Below, one piece after another: positions 9,349-18,263 of a stretch of 53,719 bases of DNA. Location: contig JANXVW010000133.1 in assembly GCA_025351455.1 (NCBI GenBank), forward strand, positions 1 through 53,719, read 5' to 3'. Both the position numbers and the translations under genes were made by a program. Numbering within the stretch: the stretch's first letter is position 1; each line of letters begins with the position of its first letter. Origin of the DNA: Betaproteobacteria bacterium (GTDB taxonomy: Bacteria > Pseudomonadota > Gammaproteobacteria > Burkholderiales > JACQAP01). The notes beneath the pieces were generated by a model. That model searched no databases, had not been told where the DNA came from, and worked only from the letters and a program-made list of their open reading frames with translations.

Positions 9349-10027
9349 GCCGCCCATTGTGAGGGCGGCTGGTTTGACCAAGCAAGTTTTTACCGGCACC
9401 GCCGCGCTGACCATCCTCCACGATGTTTCCCTGGAAATCGGTCGCGGTGAGGCGGTCGCCATCGTCGGCGCCTCCGGTTCGGGCAAGACGACGCTGCTGG
9501 CATTGCTGGCCGGCCTGGACGTGCCGAGCGCGGGAACGGTGCACATCGACGGCGTCGATCTGTTTGCGCTCGACGAGGACGGCCGCGCGCGCCTGCGGCG
9601 TGACCGTGTCGGCTTTGTCTTCCAGTCCTTCCAGCTGCTGCCCGCACTGACGGCGCTGGAAAACGTGATGCTGCCGCTCGAGCTTGCCGGAAAACCCGAC
9701 GCCCGGGCTCGTGCCGCGGACTGGCTCGCTCGGGTAGGCCTCGAGCCGCGGCTCACGCATTATCCCCGGCAGCTTTCCGGCGGCGAGCAACAGCGTGTCG
9801 CCGTGGCACGCGCGTTCGCGGCCGATCCCCGGTTGCTGTTCGCCGACGAGCCCACCGGCAACCTCGATTCCGCGACGGGCGAAGAGATCATTTCGCTGAT
9901 GTTCGAGTTGAATCGCGTCGCGCGCACGACACTGCTGCTGGTCACGCATGATGAAGACCTGGCGCAGCGGTGTTCACGCCGCATTGGACTGGCCGCCGGC
10001 CGGCTCACCAACGATGAACGGCGCTGA
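9347..10027 (+). CDS. ybbA: ABC transporter ATP-binding protein YbbA-like
   Basis: Walker A GASGSGKTT, signature LSGGEQQRV, Walker B LLFADEPT. Divergent from tesA, as in E. coli. An alternative ATG lies at 9332. Confidence 0.85.
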   Translation: MPPIVRAAGLTKQVFTGTAALTILHDVSLEIGRGEAVAIVGASGSGKTTLLALLAGLDVPSAGTVHIDGVDLFALDEDGRARLRRDRVGFVFQSFQLLPALTALENVMLPLELAGKPDARARAADWLARVGLEPRLTHYPRQLSGGEQQRVAVARAFAADPRLLFADEPTGNLDSATGEEIISLMFELNRVARTTLLLVTHDEDLAQRCSRRIGLAAGRLTNDERR

Positions 10028-12530
10028 TCTTGGCCCCGTCGCGGTACTGAAGCTGGCCATGCGCATGCTCGCGCGCGACTGGCGGGCCGGCGAGCAACGC
10101 CTGCTTGCGCTGGCGCTCATTGTCGCCGTCGGCAGCGTGACGACGGTGGCATTCTTCGCGGACCGGGTCGGCCGCTCGTTGACAAGCGAGGCCAGCCAGC
10201 TTCTGGGCGCCGACCTGGTCGTGGTCTCCGACAAACCGCTGGCTGATCGTTTCCCGCAGACCGCGCAGCGCCTGGGATTGTCGACAACGGCCGCTGTACG
10301 TTTTCCGAGCATGGCGCAATTCGCCGGACGCACGCTGTTGGCCGAGGTCAAGGCGGTCGCGCCGGGCTATCCGCTGCGCGGCAAGCTGCGCATTCGCATG
10401 GCCGAAAACGGGGCGGATTTCGCGCCCGGCAAAGCCCCGTCGCCGGGCGAAGTCTGGGTCGACGATCGCCTGCTGCGCCGTCTTGACCTGAAAATCGGCA
10501 GCCGTCTCGGGTTGGGCGAGCGCGAATTCACGGTCGCCGCGATGGTGAGCGAAGAACCGGAATCCAGCGCTGGCTTCATCAACCTTGGCCCGCGGCTCAT
10601 GATGAACGCGGTGGATCTGCCCTCCACCGGGCTGATCCAGCCCGGGAGCCGGGTCTCCTACCGGTTGTTTGTGGCCGGCAATGCCCCGGCGATCGCATCA
10701 TTCCGCGAATTCGCCGCGCAGGCGATCGGTCCGGGACAGCGTGTGGAAGACATTCGCGATGCGCGCCCCGAAATCAAATCGGCCCTGGAACGCGCCGAGC
10801 GCTTTCTTGGGTTGTCCGCGCTCATGACGGTCGTCCTGGCCGGTGTCGCTGTGGCCTTGGCCGCCCGACGTTACCTGCAGCGCCATCTCGACGCGTGCGC
10901 CATCATGCGCTGCCTCGGCGCTGGACAATGGCTGATCCTGGCGTTGCACGTGTTGCAGTTCGTGATGATCGGCCTGATTGCCGGCGCAGCCGGATGCGCC
11001 GTCGGGTTCGTCTGCCAGTTCGTGCTGGCGACGGTGCTGGCCCCGGTGGTTTCGGTGACTTTGCCTGCGCCCGGGTTGCGGCCGCTGGTTCAGGGCATGG
11101 TTGCCGGGTTTGTCATGCTGCTGGGGTTTGCGCTGCCGCCGCTCATCGCATTGCGCAGAGTGCCCACTTTGCGGGTGCTGCGCCGCGACCTCGGCGCGCC
11201 CGATTCGTCGGGCCTGTCCGCTTATCTGCTTGGCGTCGCGGCCGTTGCCGGCCTCGTGCTATGGCAGGCGCAGGAACTCAAGCTGGGGCTTTACGTGCTG
11301 GGCGGGGTCATGGGGACTGCTACGGCGTGTGCCGGGTTCACGTTGCTAGTGCTGTATCTCTTGTCCTCCCTCGGGCGCAGCGCCGGCTTGAACTGGCGTT
11401 TCGGCCTGGCCAACCTGCGCCGCCATCGCGCCGGCAGCATTGTGCAGGTGACCGCGCTCGGCCTCGGAATGATGGCGTTGATCCTGCTGACGCTGGTGCG
11501 GGCCGAATTGCTCGACAACTGGCGTAACAGCCTGCCGGTTGATGCGCCGAACCGTTTCCTGGTGAACGTACAGCCCGACCAGGTGACGGAGGTCACGCAG
11601 TTCTTCTCCGCCAATGGCGTGGCGCCGCCGCAATTGTTTCCGATGGTGCGCGGTCGCCTGCTGGAAATCAATGGCAAGCCGATGTCATCGCACGACTATG
11701 CCGAAGACCGCGCGCGCCGCCTGGTCGATAGAGAATTCAATCTGTCATGGGTGCAGTCGATGCAGCCCGACAAACCGGTCGTGGAGGGGCGCTGGTTCGA
11801 CAAGAGGGATGCGGGAATGCCGGTCCTGTCGGTCGAGGAGGGCATCGCGAAGACGATCGGCGTGAAACTGGGCGACACGATGACTTACGATATTGCCGGC
11901 TCGCGGCTGACGGCGAAAATCATTTCGCTGCGCAAGGTGGACTGGGATTCCTTCCGCGTAAATTTCTTCGTGGTCGCCCCGCCCGGCGTGCTGGAAAAAT
12001 TCCCCGCCAGTTACGTGACCAGCCTGCACCTGCCCGCAGCGCGTTCCGCGCTGATGGACGATCTCGTCAAGCGATTTCCGAACCTGCTCGTGATCGACGT
12101 GGCCGCAATCCTGGCACAGGTGCAACGCATGATGGACCAGGTGGTCAAGGCCATCGAATTCGTCTTCCTGTTCAGCATCGCGGCCGGGTTGCTGGTGCTG
12201 TTCGCCGCGCTCGGCAGTACGCACGACGAACGCGAATTCGATGCCGCGGTGATGCGCACGCTCGGCGCGTCGAGCCGTCAGCTGCGCACCGTACAGGCCG
12301 CCGAATTTGCCCTGATCGGTGCGCTGGCGGGACTGCTCGCCGCAATTGGCGCAAGCGCAATCGGCTATGTGCTTGCCGATAAGGTTTTGAATATGCCCTA
12401 TGCGATCAGCCCCTCGGTCTGGCTGGCAGGATTGCTGGTGGGCAGCGCGGGCGTCACAGCGGCGGGATTGCTAGGGACGGCGAAAGTGTTGCGTACGCCG
12501 CCGATGCAGGTATTCAGGTCGGCGACCTGA
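10014..12530 (+). CDS. ybbP: FtsX-family ABC transporter permease YbbP-like
   Basis: About 838 aa with two FtsX-like multi-TM modules. The ATG at 10014 overlaps the ybbA end by 14 nt. Confidence 0.85.
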   Translation: MNGADLGPVAVLKLAMRMLARDWRAGEQRLLALALIVAVGSVTTVAFFADRVGRSLTSEASQLLGADLVVVSDKPLADRFPQTAQRLGLSTTAAVRFPSMAQFAGRTLLAEVKAVAPGYPLRGKLRIRMAENGADFAPGKAPSPGEVWVDDRLLRRLDLKIGSRLGLGEREFTVAAMVSEEPESSAGFINLGPRLMMNAVDLPSTGLIQPGSRVSYRLFVAGNAPAIASFREFAAQAIGPGQRVEDIRDARPEIKSALERAERFLGLSALMTVVLAGVAVALAARRYLQRHLDACAIMRCLGAGQWLILALHVLQFVMIGLIAGAAGCAVGFVCQFVLATVLAPVVSVTLPAPGLRPLVQGMVAGFVMLLGFALPPLIALRRVPTLRVLRRDLGAPDSSGLSAYLLGVAAVAGLVLWQAQELKLGLYVLGGVMGTATACAGFTLLVLYLLSSLGRSAGLNWRFGLANLRRHRAGSIVQVTALGLGMMALILLTLVRAELLDNWRNSLPVDAPNRFLVNVQPDQVTEVTQFFSANGVAPPQLFPMVRGRLLEINGKPMSSHDYAEDRARRLVDREFNLSWVQSMQPDKPVVEGRWFDKRDAGMPVLSVEEGIAKTIGVKLGDTMTYDIAGSRLTAKIISLRKVDWDSFRVNFFVVAPPGVLEKFPASYVTSLHLPAARSALMDDLVKRFPNLLVIDVAAILAQVQRMMDQVVKAIEFVFLFSIAAGLLVLFAALGSTHDEREFDAAVMRTLGASSRQLRTVQAAEFALIGALAGLLAAIGASAIGYVLADKVLNMPYAISPSVWLAGLLVGSAGVTAAGLLGTAKVLRTPPMQVFRSAT

Positions 12531-12533
12531 ATA

Positions 12534-12619
12534 CCGTGACTGGTAATTTGTGATTGGCAATTGGTAACAAGCCCACTACGCTTTCTGCCAATCACCAATC
12601 ACCAATCACCAATCACCGG
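12534..12619. repeat. Heptamer-array hairpin element (CCGTGA-terminated family, copy A)
   Basis: The right arm is (CAATCAC)x4, perfect, at 12589-12616. The left arm GTGACTG GTAATTT GTGATTG GCAATTG is its degenerate complement. The loop is 18 nt. Confidence 0.8.
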
Positions 12620-13027
12620 CCCTCTATCGCGCCAGCTGACGTCGCCGCACAGCCCCTGCATTTCTCCCGGGGGTGACTTCCAAGAAGTCTATCCACATAA
12701 CCGACCCTACGACTGTGTGCGACCCTTCTAAATCGGTTGTAAAGTGGCTGCGGACGGTCAATCCGGCGAATTTGCCGATGGCCCGGTCGCTGTGGACTGC
12801 AGCAAGTCCTTAATCGATTGCAGACTTACCTTCGAGGGCAGCGTATCGCCGGGAGTCGACATAGTCATTGGGCCTGGGTTCCAGATACTCTTATTTTTGC
12901 GGGTAAAGCACCCGGATCAGCCCGTTTTTTGTGCATCGCGGCCCGGCAAAAGCATTATGCGGATATTCAATGAATTGCAACCTTCCCTGTGGTACACTGC
13001 GCGACCTTTTTCGCCGCACTGCTTTCC

Positions 13028-14860
13028 ATGACACGCAACGTACGCAATATCGCCATCATCGCCCACGTCGACCACGGCAAAACCACGCTGGTGGACAAAC
13101 TCCTGCGCCAATCGGGCACTTTCGCCGCGCATCAACATATCGCCGAACGGGTCATGGATTCGAATGACCTGGAAAAAGAGCGCGGCATCACGATTCTTGC
13201 GAAAAATTGCGCGGTCGAATACGAAGGCACGCACATCAACATCGTCGACACGCCCGGCCACGCCGATTTCGGCGGTGAAGTCGAACGCGTACTGTCCATG
13301 GTCGACAGCGTGCTGCTGCTGGTCGATGCGGTGGAAGGCCCGATGCCGCAGACGCGTTTTGTCACGCGCAAGGCGCTGGCCCTCGGACTCAAGCCCATCG
13401 TCGTCGTCAACAAGGTCGATCGCCCCGGTGCGCGTGCCGACTGGGTCGTGAACCAGACTTTCGACCTGTTCGACAAGCTCGGTGCAACCGAAGCCCAACT
13501 CGATTTTCCCGTCGTCTATGCCTCTGCCCTCAACGGCTATGCGACGATGAACCTGAACGAGCCGAGCACGAACCTGCGTCCGCTGTTCGAAGCCATCCTG
13601 AAATACGTGCCGGTACGCGATGCCGATCCCGACGCGCCCCTGCAATTGCAAATCTGCTCGCTCGATTATTCGAGTTTCGTCGGCCGCATCGGGATCGGCC
13701 GGGTGGCGCATGGGCGAATTCGTTCCGGCCAGCAGGTCGCGGTCATGCAAGGTCCCGACAGCGAGCCGAAGATGGCCAAGGTCAACCAGGTCCTGGTGTT
13801 CAGGGGGCTCGAGCGCACGGTCGTCGAAGAGGCCGAAGCGGGCGATATCGTGCTGATCAACGGCATCGAGGAAGTCGGCATCGGCGTGACGCTCAGCGAT
13901 CCGGCCAACCCGAAAGCTTTCCCGCTCCTCAAAGTGGACGAACCTACGCTGACCATGAACTTCCTGGTCAACACCTCGCCGCTGGCCGGCCGTGACGGCA
14001 AGTACGTCACCAGCCGCCAGATCCGCGAACGCCTGGAGCGCGAACTGCAATCCAACGTCGCACTGAAAGTCGAATTCACCGCCGATTCCGACACGTTCGT
14101 CGTATCCGGACGCGGCGAACTTCACCTGACCATCCTGCTGGAAAACATGCGCCGCGAAGGCTACGAAATGGCGGTGGGCCGACCGCGTGTGGTGATGAGG
14201 ATGGTGAACGGCGTCAAGCAGGAGCCGTACGAATTGCTGACGGTCGACGTCGAAGACGGCCATCAGGGCGGGGTCATGGAAGAATTGGGCCGCCGCCGCG
14301 GCGACCTGCAGGACATGCAGGCCGACGGCAAGGGCCGCACGCGCCTCGAGTATCGCATTCCCGCGCGCGGACTGATCGGTTTCCAAGGCGAGTTCCTGAA
14401 TATTACGCGCGGCACCGGACTGGCCAGCCATATTTTCGACGACTACGGTCCGGTGAAGGGCGACATGGACGAACGGCGCAACGGCGTGCTGATTTCCCAG
14501 GACGACGGCGAAGCCGTGGCCTACGCCTTGTGGAAGCTTCAGGACCGCGGCCGCATGTTCGTCTCCCCGGGCGATGCGCTTTACGAAGGCATGGTCATCG
14601 GCATCCATTCGCGCGACAACGACCTCGTGGTCAACCCGATCAAGGGCAAGCAGCTCACCAACGTGCGCGCGTCCGGCACCGACGAAGCCGTCCGCCTGGT
14701 GCCGCCGATCGAACTGACCCTTGAGAAGGCCGTGGAATTCATCGCCGACGACGAACTCGTCGAGATCACGCCGAAATGCATCCGTGTGCGCAAGCGTCAT
14801 CTGAAAGAGCACGATCGCAAGCGTGCGTCACGCGGTGATGCGACGACGGCCGCGGCGTAA
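13028..14860 (+). CDS. typA: Translational GTPase TypA/BipA
   Basis: [27 protein letters not shown]1 motif, [16 protein letters not shown]. 610 aa. Confidence 0.95.
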   Translation: MTRNVRNIAIIAHVDHGKTTLVDKLLRQSGTFAAHQHIAERVMDSNDLEKERGITILAKNCAVEYEGTHINIVDTPGHADFGGEVERVLSMVDSVLLLVDAVEGPMPQTRFVTRKALALGLKPIVVVNKVDRPGARADWVVNQTFDLFDKLGATEAQLDFPVVYASALNGYATMNLNEPSTNLRPLFEAILKYVPVRDADPDAPLQLQICSLDYSSFVGRIGIGRVAHGRIRSGQQVAVMQGPDSEPKMAKVNQVLVFRGLERTVVEEAEAGDIVLINGIEEVGIGVTLSDPANPKAFPLLKVDEPTLTMNFLVNTSPLAGRDGKYVTSRQIRERLERELQSNVALKVEFTADSDTFVVSGRGELHLTILLENMRREGYEMAVGRPRVVMRMVNGVKQEPYELLTVDVEDGHQGGVMEELGRRRGDLQDMQADGKGRTRLEYRIPARGLIGFQGEFLNITRGTGLASHIFDDYGPVKGDMDERRNGVLISQDDGEAVAYALWKLQDRGRMFVSPGDALYEGMVIGIHSRDNDLVVNPIKGKQLTNVRASGTDEAVRLVPPIELTLEKAVEFIADDELVEITPKCIRVRKRHLKEHDRKRASRGDATTAAA

Positions 14861-14862
14861 CT

Positions 14863-15013
14863 CCACCTCACCCCCCGCCCTCTCCCCCCAAGGGCGGAGA
14901 GGGAGAGGTAGAAACGAAAGGCAAACGGGCGACTTGGTCGCTCGTTTTTTTTGGTACCTACTACTCCTTCTCCGCCTCCCTCAGGGAGTGGGGAGAAGGC
15001 CGGGATGAGGTGG
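14863..15013. repeat. Composite C-rich/G-rich hairpin pair (family E, copy 1)
   Basis: Outer arms CCACCTCA (14863-14870) and TGAGGTGG (15006-15013). Hairpin 1 is CCCTCTCC/GGAGAGGG (14878-14903). Hairpin 2 is CCTTCTCC/GGAGAAGG (14966-14999), with an inner CTCCC-TCA-GGGAG. Confidence 0.7.
14926..14952 (+). terminator. Rho-independent terminator of typA
   Basis: CGGGCGAC, loop TTG, GTCGCTCG (8 bp with one G-U), followed by T8 (14945-14952). Confidence 0.75.
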
Positions 15014-15035
15014 TGGGTGGTTTATACTCGTCTTC

Positions 15036-16481
15036 ATGCTCGAATTCTCCCTCGCCCTGATCATCACCGCCGCCACACTAGTCGCGGTCATCATCCTGAT
15101 CTTCGTTGTGGTCGCTGTCGCACGGCGGCAGTCCAATTTGCCGGAAACGCTGGGGCGTGCGCTGGAAGAAAAGCACATGGGCATGATCAAGGACCTCAAC
15201 GCCGGCCTGAACAGTCTGGGCGATCGCCTCGGCGGTGCGCAAAGCGAATTGTTCGATCGCCTGCGCACGACCATCACGCAGGAACTCACGCAGACGCGCA
15301 GCACGGTCGGCGCGCTGCAGGTCAGGCAAGTCGAGGAGCTGTCGGCGACGCGCGAGACCACCACGCTCAAGCTGGCCGAAATGAGCGCGGACCTGCAGGC
15401 GAAGCACGACCTGCTGCGCAGCGAAATACTGACCCGCATCCTGCAGACACTGGCGGAGCAGAATCGTGCCGAGCAGGAGCTGATCCAGACCACCATGCGA
15501 AATGCGTCCGCGCAGCTCGCGGCTTCGATGGAATTGCTGACCAAGACCACGGATTCGAGGCTCGAGCAGATCAGCGGCAAAGTCAGCGAGCGCCTCGAGG
15601 AAGGGTTCAAGAAAACCAACGAGACCTTCATCAGTGTGATGGAGCGCCTGGCTACAATCGACGAAGCGCAGAAGAAGATCGATGGGCTCACCAGCAACGT
15701 GGTGAGCCTGCAGGAGCTGCTCGGCGACAAACGCTCGCGCGGCGCCTTCGGGGAGGTACAACTCGAAAACCTGGTGCGCAACATCCTTCCCGAGATGGCC
15801 TACGAGTTCCAGTACACGTTCAAGGGAAACGGTGCGCGCGCGGACTGCGTGCTCAAACTGCCGGCCCCCACCGGTATGGTTGCGGTCGATGCGAAATTTC
15901 CGCTGGAGAATTATCGCCGCATGTTCGAACCGGGTCTGGCTGAGCCGGAGCGCCTCGCCGCGCAGCGCCAGTTCCGTGCGGACGTGAAGAAGCATGTCGA
16001 TGACATCGCGGCCAAATACATCATTGCCGGAGAGACGTCCGACGGCGCCGTCATGTTCGTGCCGGCGGAAGCAGTGTTCGCGGAAATCCACGCCTATCAT
16101 TCCGAGGTGGTGGATTACGCCATGCAGCGCCGGGTCTGGATCGTGTCGCCAACCACGCTGATGGCCGTGCTGAATACTGCGCGGGCCGTAATGAAGGACG
16201 TAGCCACGCGCGAGCAGGTGCACATCATCAAGGATGAACTCGGCAAGCTCGGCAAGGATTTCCAGCGTTTCGATGCGCGCATGAGGAAACTTGCCGATCA
16301 CATCCGGCTTGCCCACCAGGACGCCGAAGACGTGCGTGTGTCCAGCGACAAGATCACACGGCGCTTTACGCAGATCGAGCGCGTCGAACTGGACCAGCCC
16401 GACCAGATACGCAGCCTCGACCAGTCGATGCTCGATGTTGAACCGGCTGACGAGGCCGGCGGCGAAGAGCTGCGGACCTGA
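15036..16481 (+). CDS. rmuC: DNA recombination protein RmuC
   Basis: 481 aa. N-terminal TM helix, long coiled coil, then the RmuC nuclease-like C-domain (VDAKFPLENY..., FVPAEAVF, IVSPTTLMAVL). Confidence 0.9.
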   Translation: MLEFSLALIITAATLVAVIILIFVVVAVARRQSNLPETLGRALEEKHMGMIKDLNAGLNSLGDRLGGAQSELFDRLRTTITQELTQTRSTVGALQVRQVEELSATRETTTLKLAEMSADLQAKHDLLRSEILTRILQTLAEQNRAEQELIQTTMRNASAQLAASMELLTKTTDSRLEQISGKVSERLEEGFKKTNETFISVMERLATIDEAQKKIDGLTSNVVSLQELLGDKRSRGAFGEVQLENLVRNILPEMAYEFQYTFKGNGARADCVLKLPAPTGMVAVDAKFPLENYRRMFEPGLAEPERLAAQRQFRADVKKHVDDIAAKYIIAGETSDGAVMFVPAEAVFAEIHAYHSEVVDYAMQRRVWIVSPTTLMAVLNTARAVMKDVATREQVHIIKDELGKLGKDFQRFDARMRKLADHIRLAHQDAEDVRVSSDKITRRFTQIERVELDQPDQIRSLDQSMLDVEPADEAGGEELRT

Positions 16482-16497
16482 TTCGCGGGCGAATCGC

Positions 16498-17283
16498 ATG
16501 TTCGGTTTTACGCAATGGCGTCGGCGCCGCATTCTGCGCAAGTTCAACGTGGACGATGCGGCCTGGCAGCGCGTATCGGCGTGTTTTCCGTTCGTCGCGC
16601 GGCTCAACGACGACGAGCGCTCACGGCTCAGGGATCTGGCGATCCTGTTCATGCACGGCAAGCAGATCTCGGGGGCCGGCGGCCTGGAGCTCAACCAGGA
16701 GATGAAGCTCGGCATCGCGGTCCAGGCCTGCGTCCTGATCCTCGAACTGGGGATCGAGCACTACGACGGCTGGGTCGAAATCATTGTCTACCCGGACGAG
16801 TTCATGCCGCGCCATGAGATCCGTAACGAACACGGCCTGGTCGAAACTGATGAGATGTCCTATGCAGGGCAGGCCTGGTTGCGCGGCCCGGTCATCCTTT
16901 CCTGGGCCGACGTCGAGCACGCGGGCGAGATGGACGGCATGAACGTGGTCATCCACGAATTTGCCCACAAGCTCGACATGCTGAACGGCGAAGCCAATGG
17001 TTTTCCTCCGCTGCACGCCGGCATGGACCGGCGCGAGTGGTCGCAAGCCTTCACCGCCGCGTACCAGGATCTTTGCCGGCGAGTGAGCGCCGGAGAACAT
17101 ACTGAAATTGACCCGTATGCGACCGCATCACCGGCAGAATTTTTCGCAGTCGTCAGCGAGGCTTTTTTCGAGCTTCCGGATATCGTCCGGGCCGTTTATC
17201 CGCAGGTCTATGAACAGCTCGCGCTGTTCTACCGGCAGGATCCGGCGAACCGCGAATTACCGCGCGAGTGGAGGTTGGAATGA
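16498..17283 (+). CDS. mtfA: MtfA-family zinc peptidase (M90, Mlc titration factor A-like)
   Basis: 261 aa. HEFAHKLD zinc motif and EFFAVVSEAFF, in the typical MtfA layout. Confidence 0.85.
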   Translation: MFGFTQWRRRRILRKFNVDDAAWQRVSACFPFVARLNDDERSRLRDLAILFMHGKQISGAGGLELNQEMKLGIAVQACVLILELGIEHYDGWVEIIVYPDEFMPRHEIRNEHGLVETDEMSYAGQAWLRGPVILSWADVEHAGEMDGMNVVIHEFAHKLDMLNGEANGFPPLHAGMDRREWSQAFTAAYQDLCRRVSAGEHTEIDPYATASPAEFFAVVSEAFFELPDIVRAVYPQVYEQLALFYRQDPANRELPREWRLE

Positions 17284-18176
17284 GAATCAGGGACGGGGGA
17301 CGAGGGACCGGCGGCGAGGCAGCGCGTCTGTTGGGATTCATCATCGTTTTGTTATTCGCGTTGGCTGCACAGGCGCAGCAGACAGTTCTTGAAGTCATCG
17401 ACCTGAAATACCGCAGCGCCGACCAGATCGTGCCAATGTTGAAGCCTCTGCTCGCGCCCGGCGGCACGATCAGTTCGCTGCAGAACCGCGTGATTCTGCG
17501 TACGACGCCGCAAAACATGGTTGAACTGAAAAAAGTGCTCGATGCGGTCGACACCCTGCCGAAGCGCCTGCTTATCTCCGTGCGGCAGGAAGCGGTGGCC
17601 ACCGGACTCGACAACGAAGCCGAAGTGTCCGGCAGCATTGGCACTGGGGACGTCCGCGCCACCGTTCCAGGAAGCCGCAGCCAGCACGGCGGCACCGTGG
17701 TCATTCGCAAAGGCGATAATGTGGTCAAGGGGCGCGTAGTCAGTTCGCAGTCCGCCTCGACAGATCGCGGCGTGCAAACTGTGCAAGTACTGGAAGGCAA
17801 CGTGGCGACGATACGCGTCGGACAATCCGTGCCCATCCTCAACCAGAGCGTCGTTCAGACGCCGCAGGGGCCGCAGAACTCGCAGTCAGTGCAATACCGC
17901 GATGCCGATACCGGTTTCCACGTCAGGCCGCGCGTCAACGGCGACCGGGTCACGCTGGAAATCAACTCGCGGCGCGATACCGTCGCCGATCCCAATTCGC
18001 AGACGCTCAACGTGCAGCGAGTCGATACCGTTGTGTCCGGCAGGCTCGGTGAATGGATGGAAATCGGCGGCGTGGACCAGCGGCGGGCGCAGAGCGATAA
18101 CGGCACCATATCGCGTCGCACCGGCACCGTGGCGGAAGACAGGAAGGTATTTTTGAAGGTGGAGAAAATGCCGTGA
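17280..18176 (+). CDS. Small secretin-like outer-membrane protein (signal peptide, one Secretin_N/NolW-like domain, short secretin core)
   Basis: GGAGG lies 5 nt before the ATG at 17280. Signal peptide ...LLFALAAQAQQ. N-domain LEVIDLKYRSADQIVPMLKPLL...NRVILRTTPQNMVELKKVLDAVD. Secretin-like blocks VQVLEGNVATIRVGQSVP and TVVSGRLGEWMEIGG. Confidence 0.7.
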   Translation: MRIRDGGRGTGGEAARLLGFIIVLLFALAAQAQQTVLEVIDLKYRSADQIVPMLKPLLAPGGTISSLQNRVILRTTPQNMVELKKVLDAVDTLPKRLLISVRQEAVATGLDNEAEVSGSIGTGDVRATVPGSRSQHGGTVVIRKGDNVVKGRVVSSQSASTDRGVQTVQVLEGNVATIRVGQSVPILNQSVVQTPQGPQNSQSVQYRDADTGFHVRPRVNGDRVTLEINSRRDTVADPNSQTLNVQRVDTVVSGRLGEWMEIGGVDQRRAQSDNGTISRRTGTVAEDRKVFLKVEKMP

Positions 18177-18263
18177 ATATCGTGAATGTCGTGAATGTCG
18201 TTCTACTTCGGGCCTAGTGCCTCACATTCTTCTACGACATTCACGACATTCACGTATTCACGG
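18171..18263. repeat. Nonamer-array hairpin element (CCGTGA-terminated family, copy B)
   Basis: The left arm CCGTGAATAT CGTGAATGT CGTGAATGT CG (18171-18200) is the reverse complement of CGACATTCACGACATTCACGTATTCACGG (18235-18263), with one indel. The loop is 34 nt. Confidence 0.9.

Noticed and set aside
9349-9756. N-terminal 136-codon extension of the tesA ORF in the track (8710..9756)
   Set aside because: The extension is antisense to ybbA and precedes a clean signal peptide. TesA homologues start at the signal peptide.
12589-12616. Tandem 7-9 nt repeats here, at 18172-18198 and at 38970-39009, considered as CRISPR arrays or contingency-locus SSRs
   Set aside because: The units are contiguous with no spacers and far shorter than CRISPR repeats. 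No cas genes are present. They always occur as inverted arm pairs, so they are treated as hairpin elements instead.
12744-13031. 95-aa GTG-start ORF in the 400-nt typA upstream region
   Set aside because: It has no SD, an odd composition, and runs into the typA start. More likely this is a long untranslated leader or promoter region.
12917-14812. 631-aa ORF antisense to typA
   Set aside because: typA is unambiguous on the plus strand. The antisense product is an Arg/Ala/Gly/His-rich low-complexity sequence, typical of stop-codon-poor antisense frames in GC-rich DNA.
15078-16715. 545-aa ORF antisense to rmuC and mtfA
   Set aside because: It overlaps two well-supported plus-strand genes, has no recognisable motifs, and looks like a GC-rich antisense artefact.
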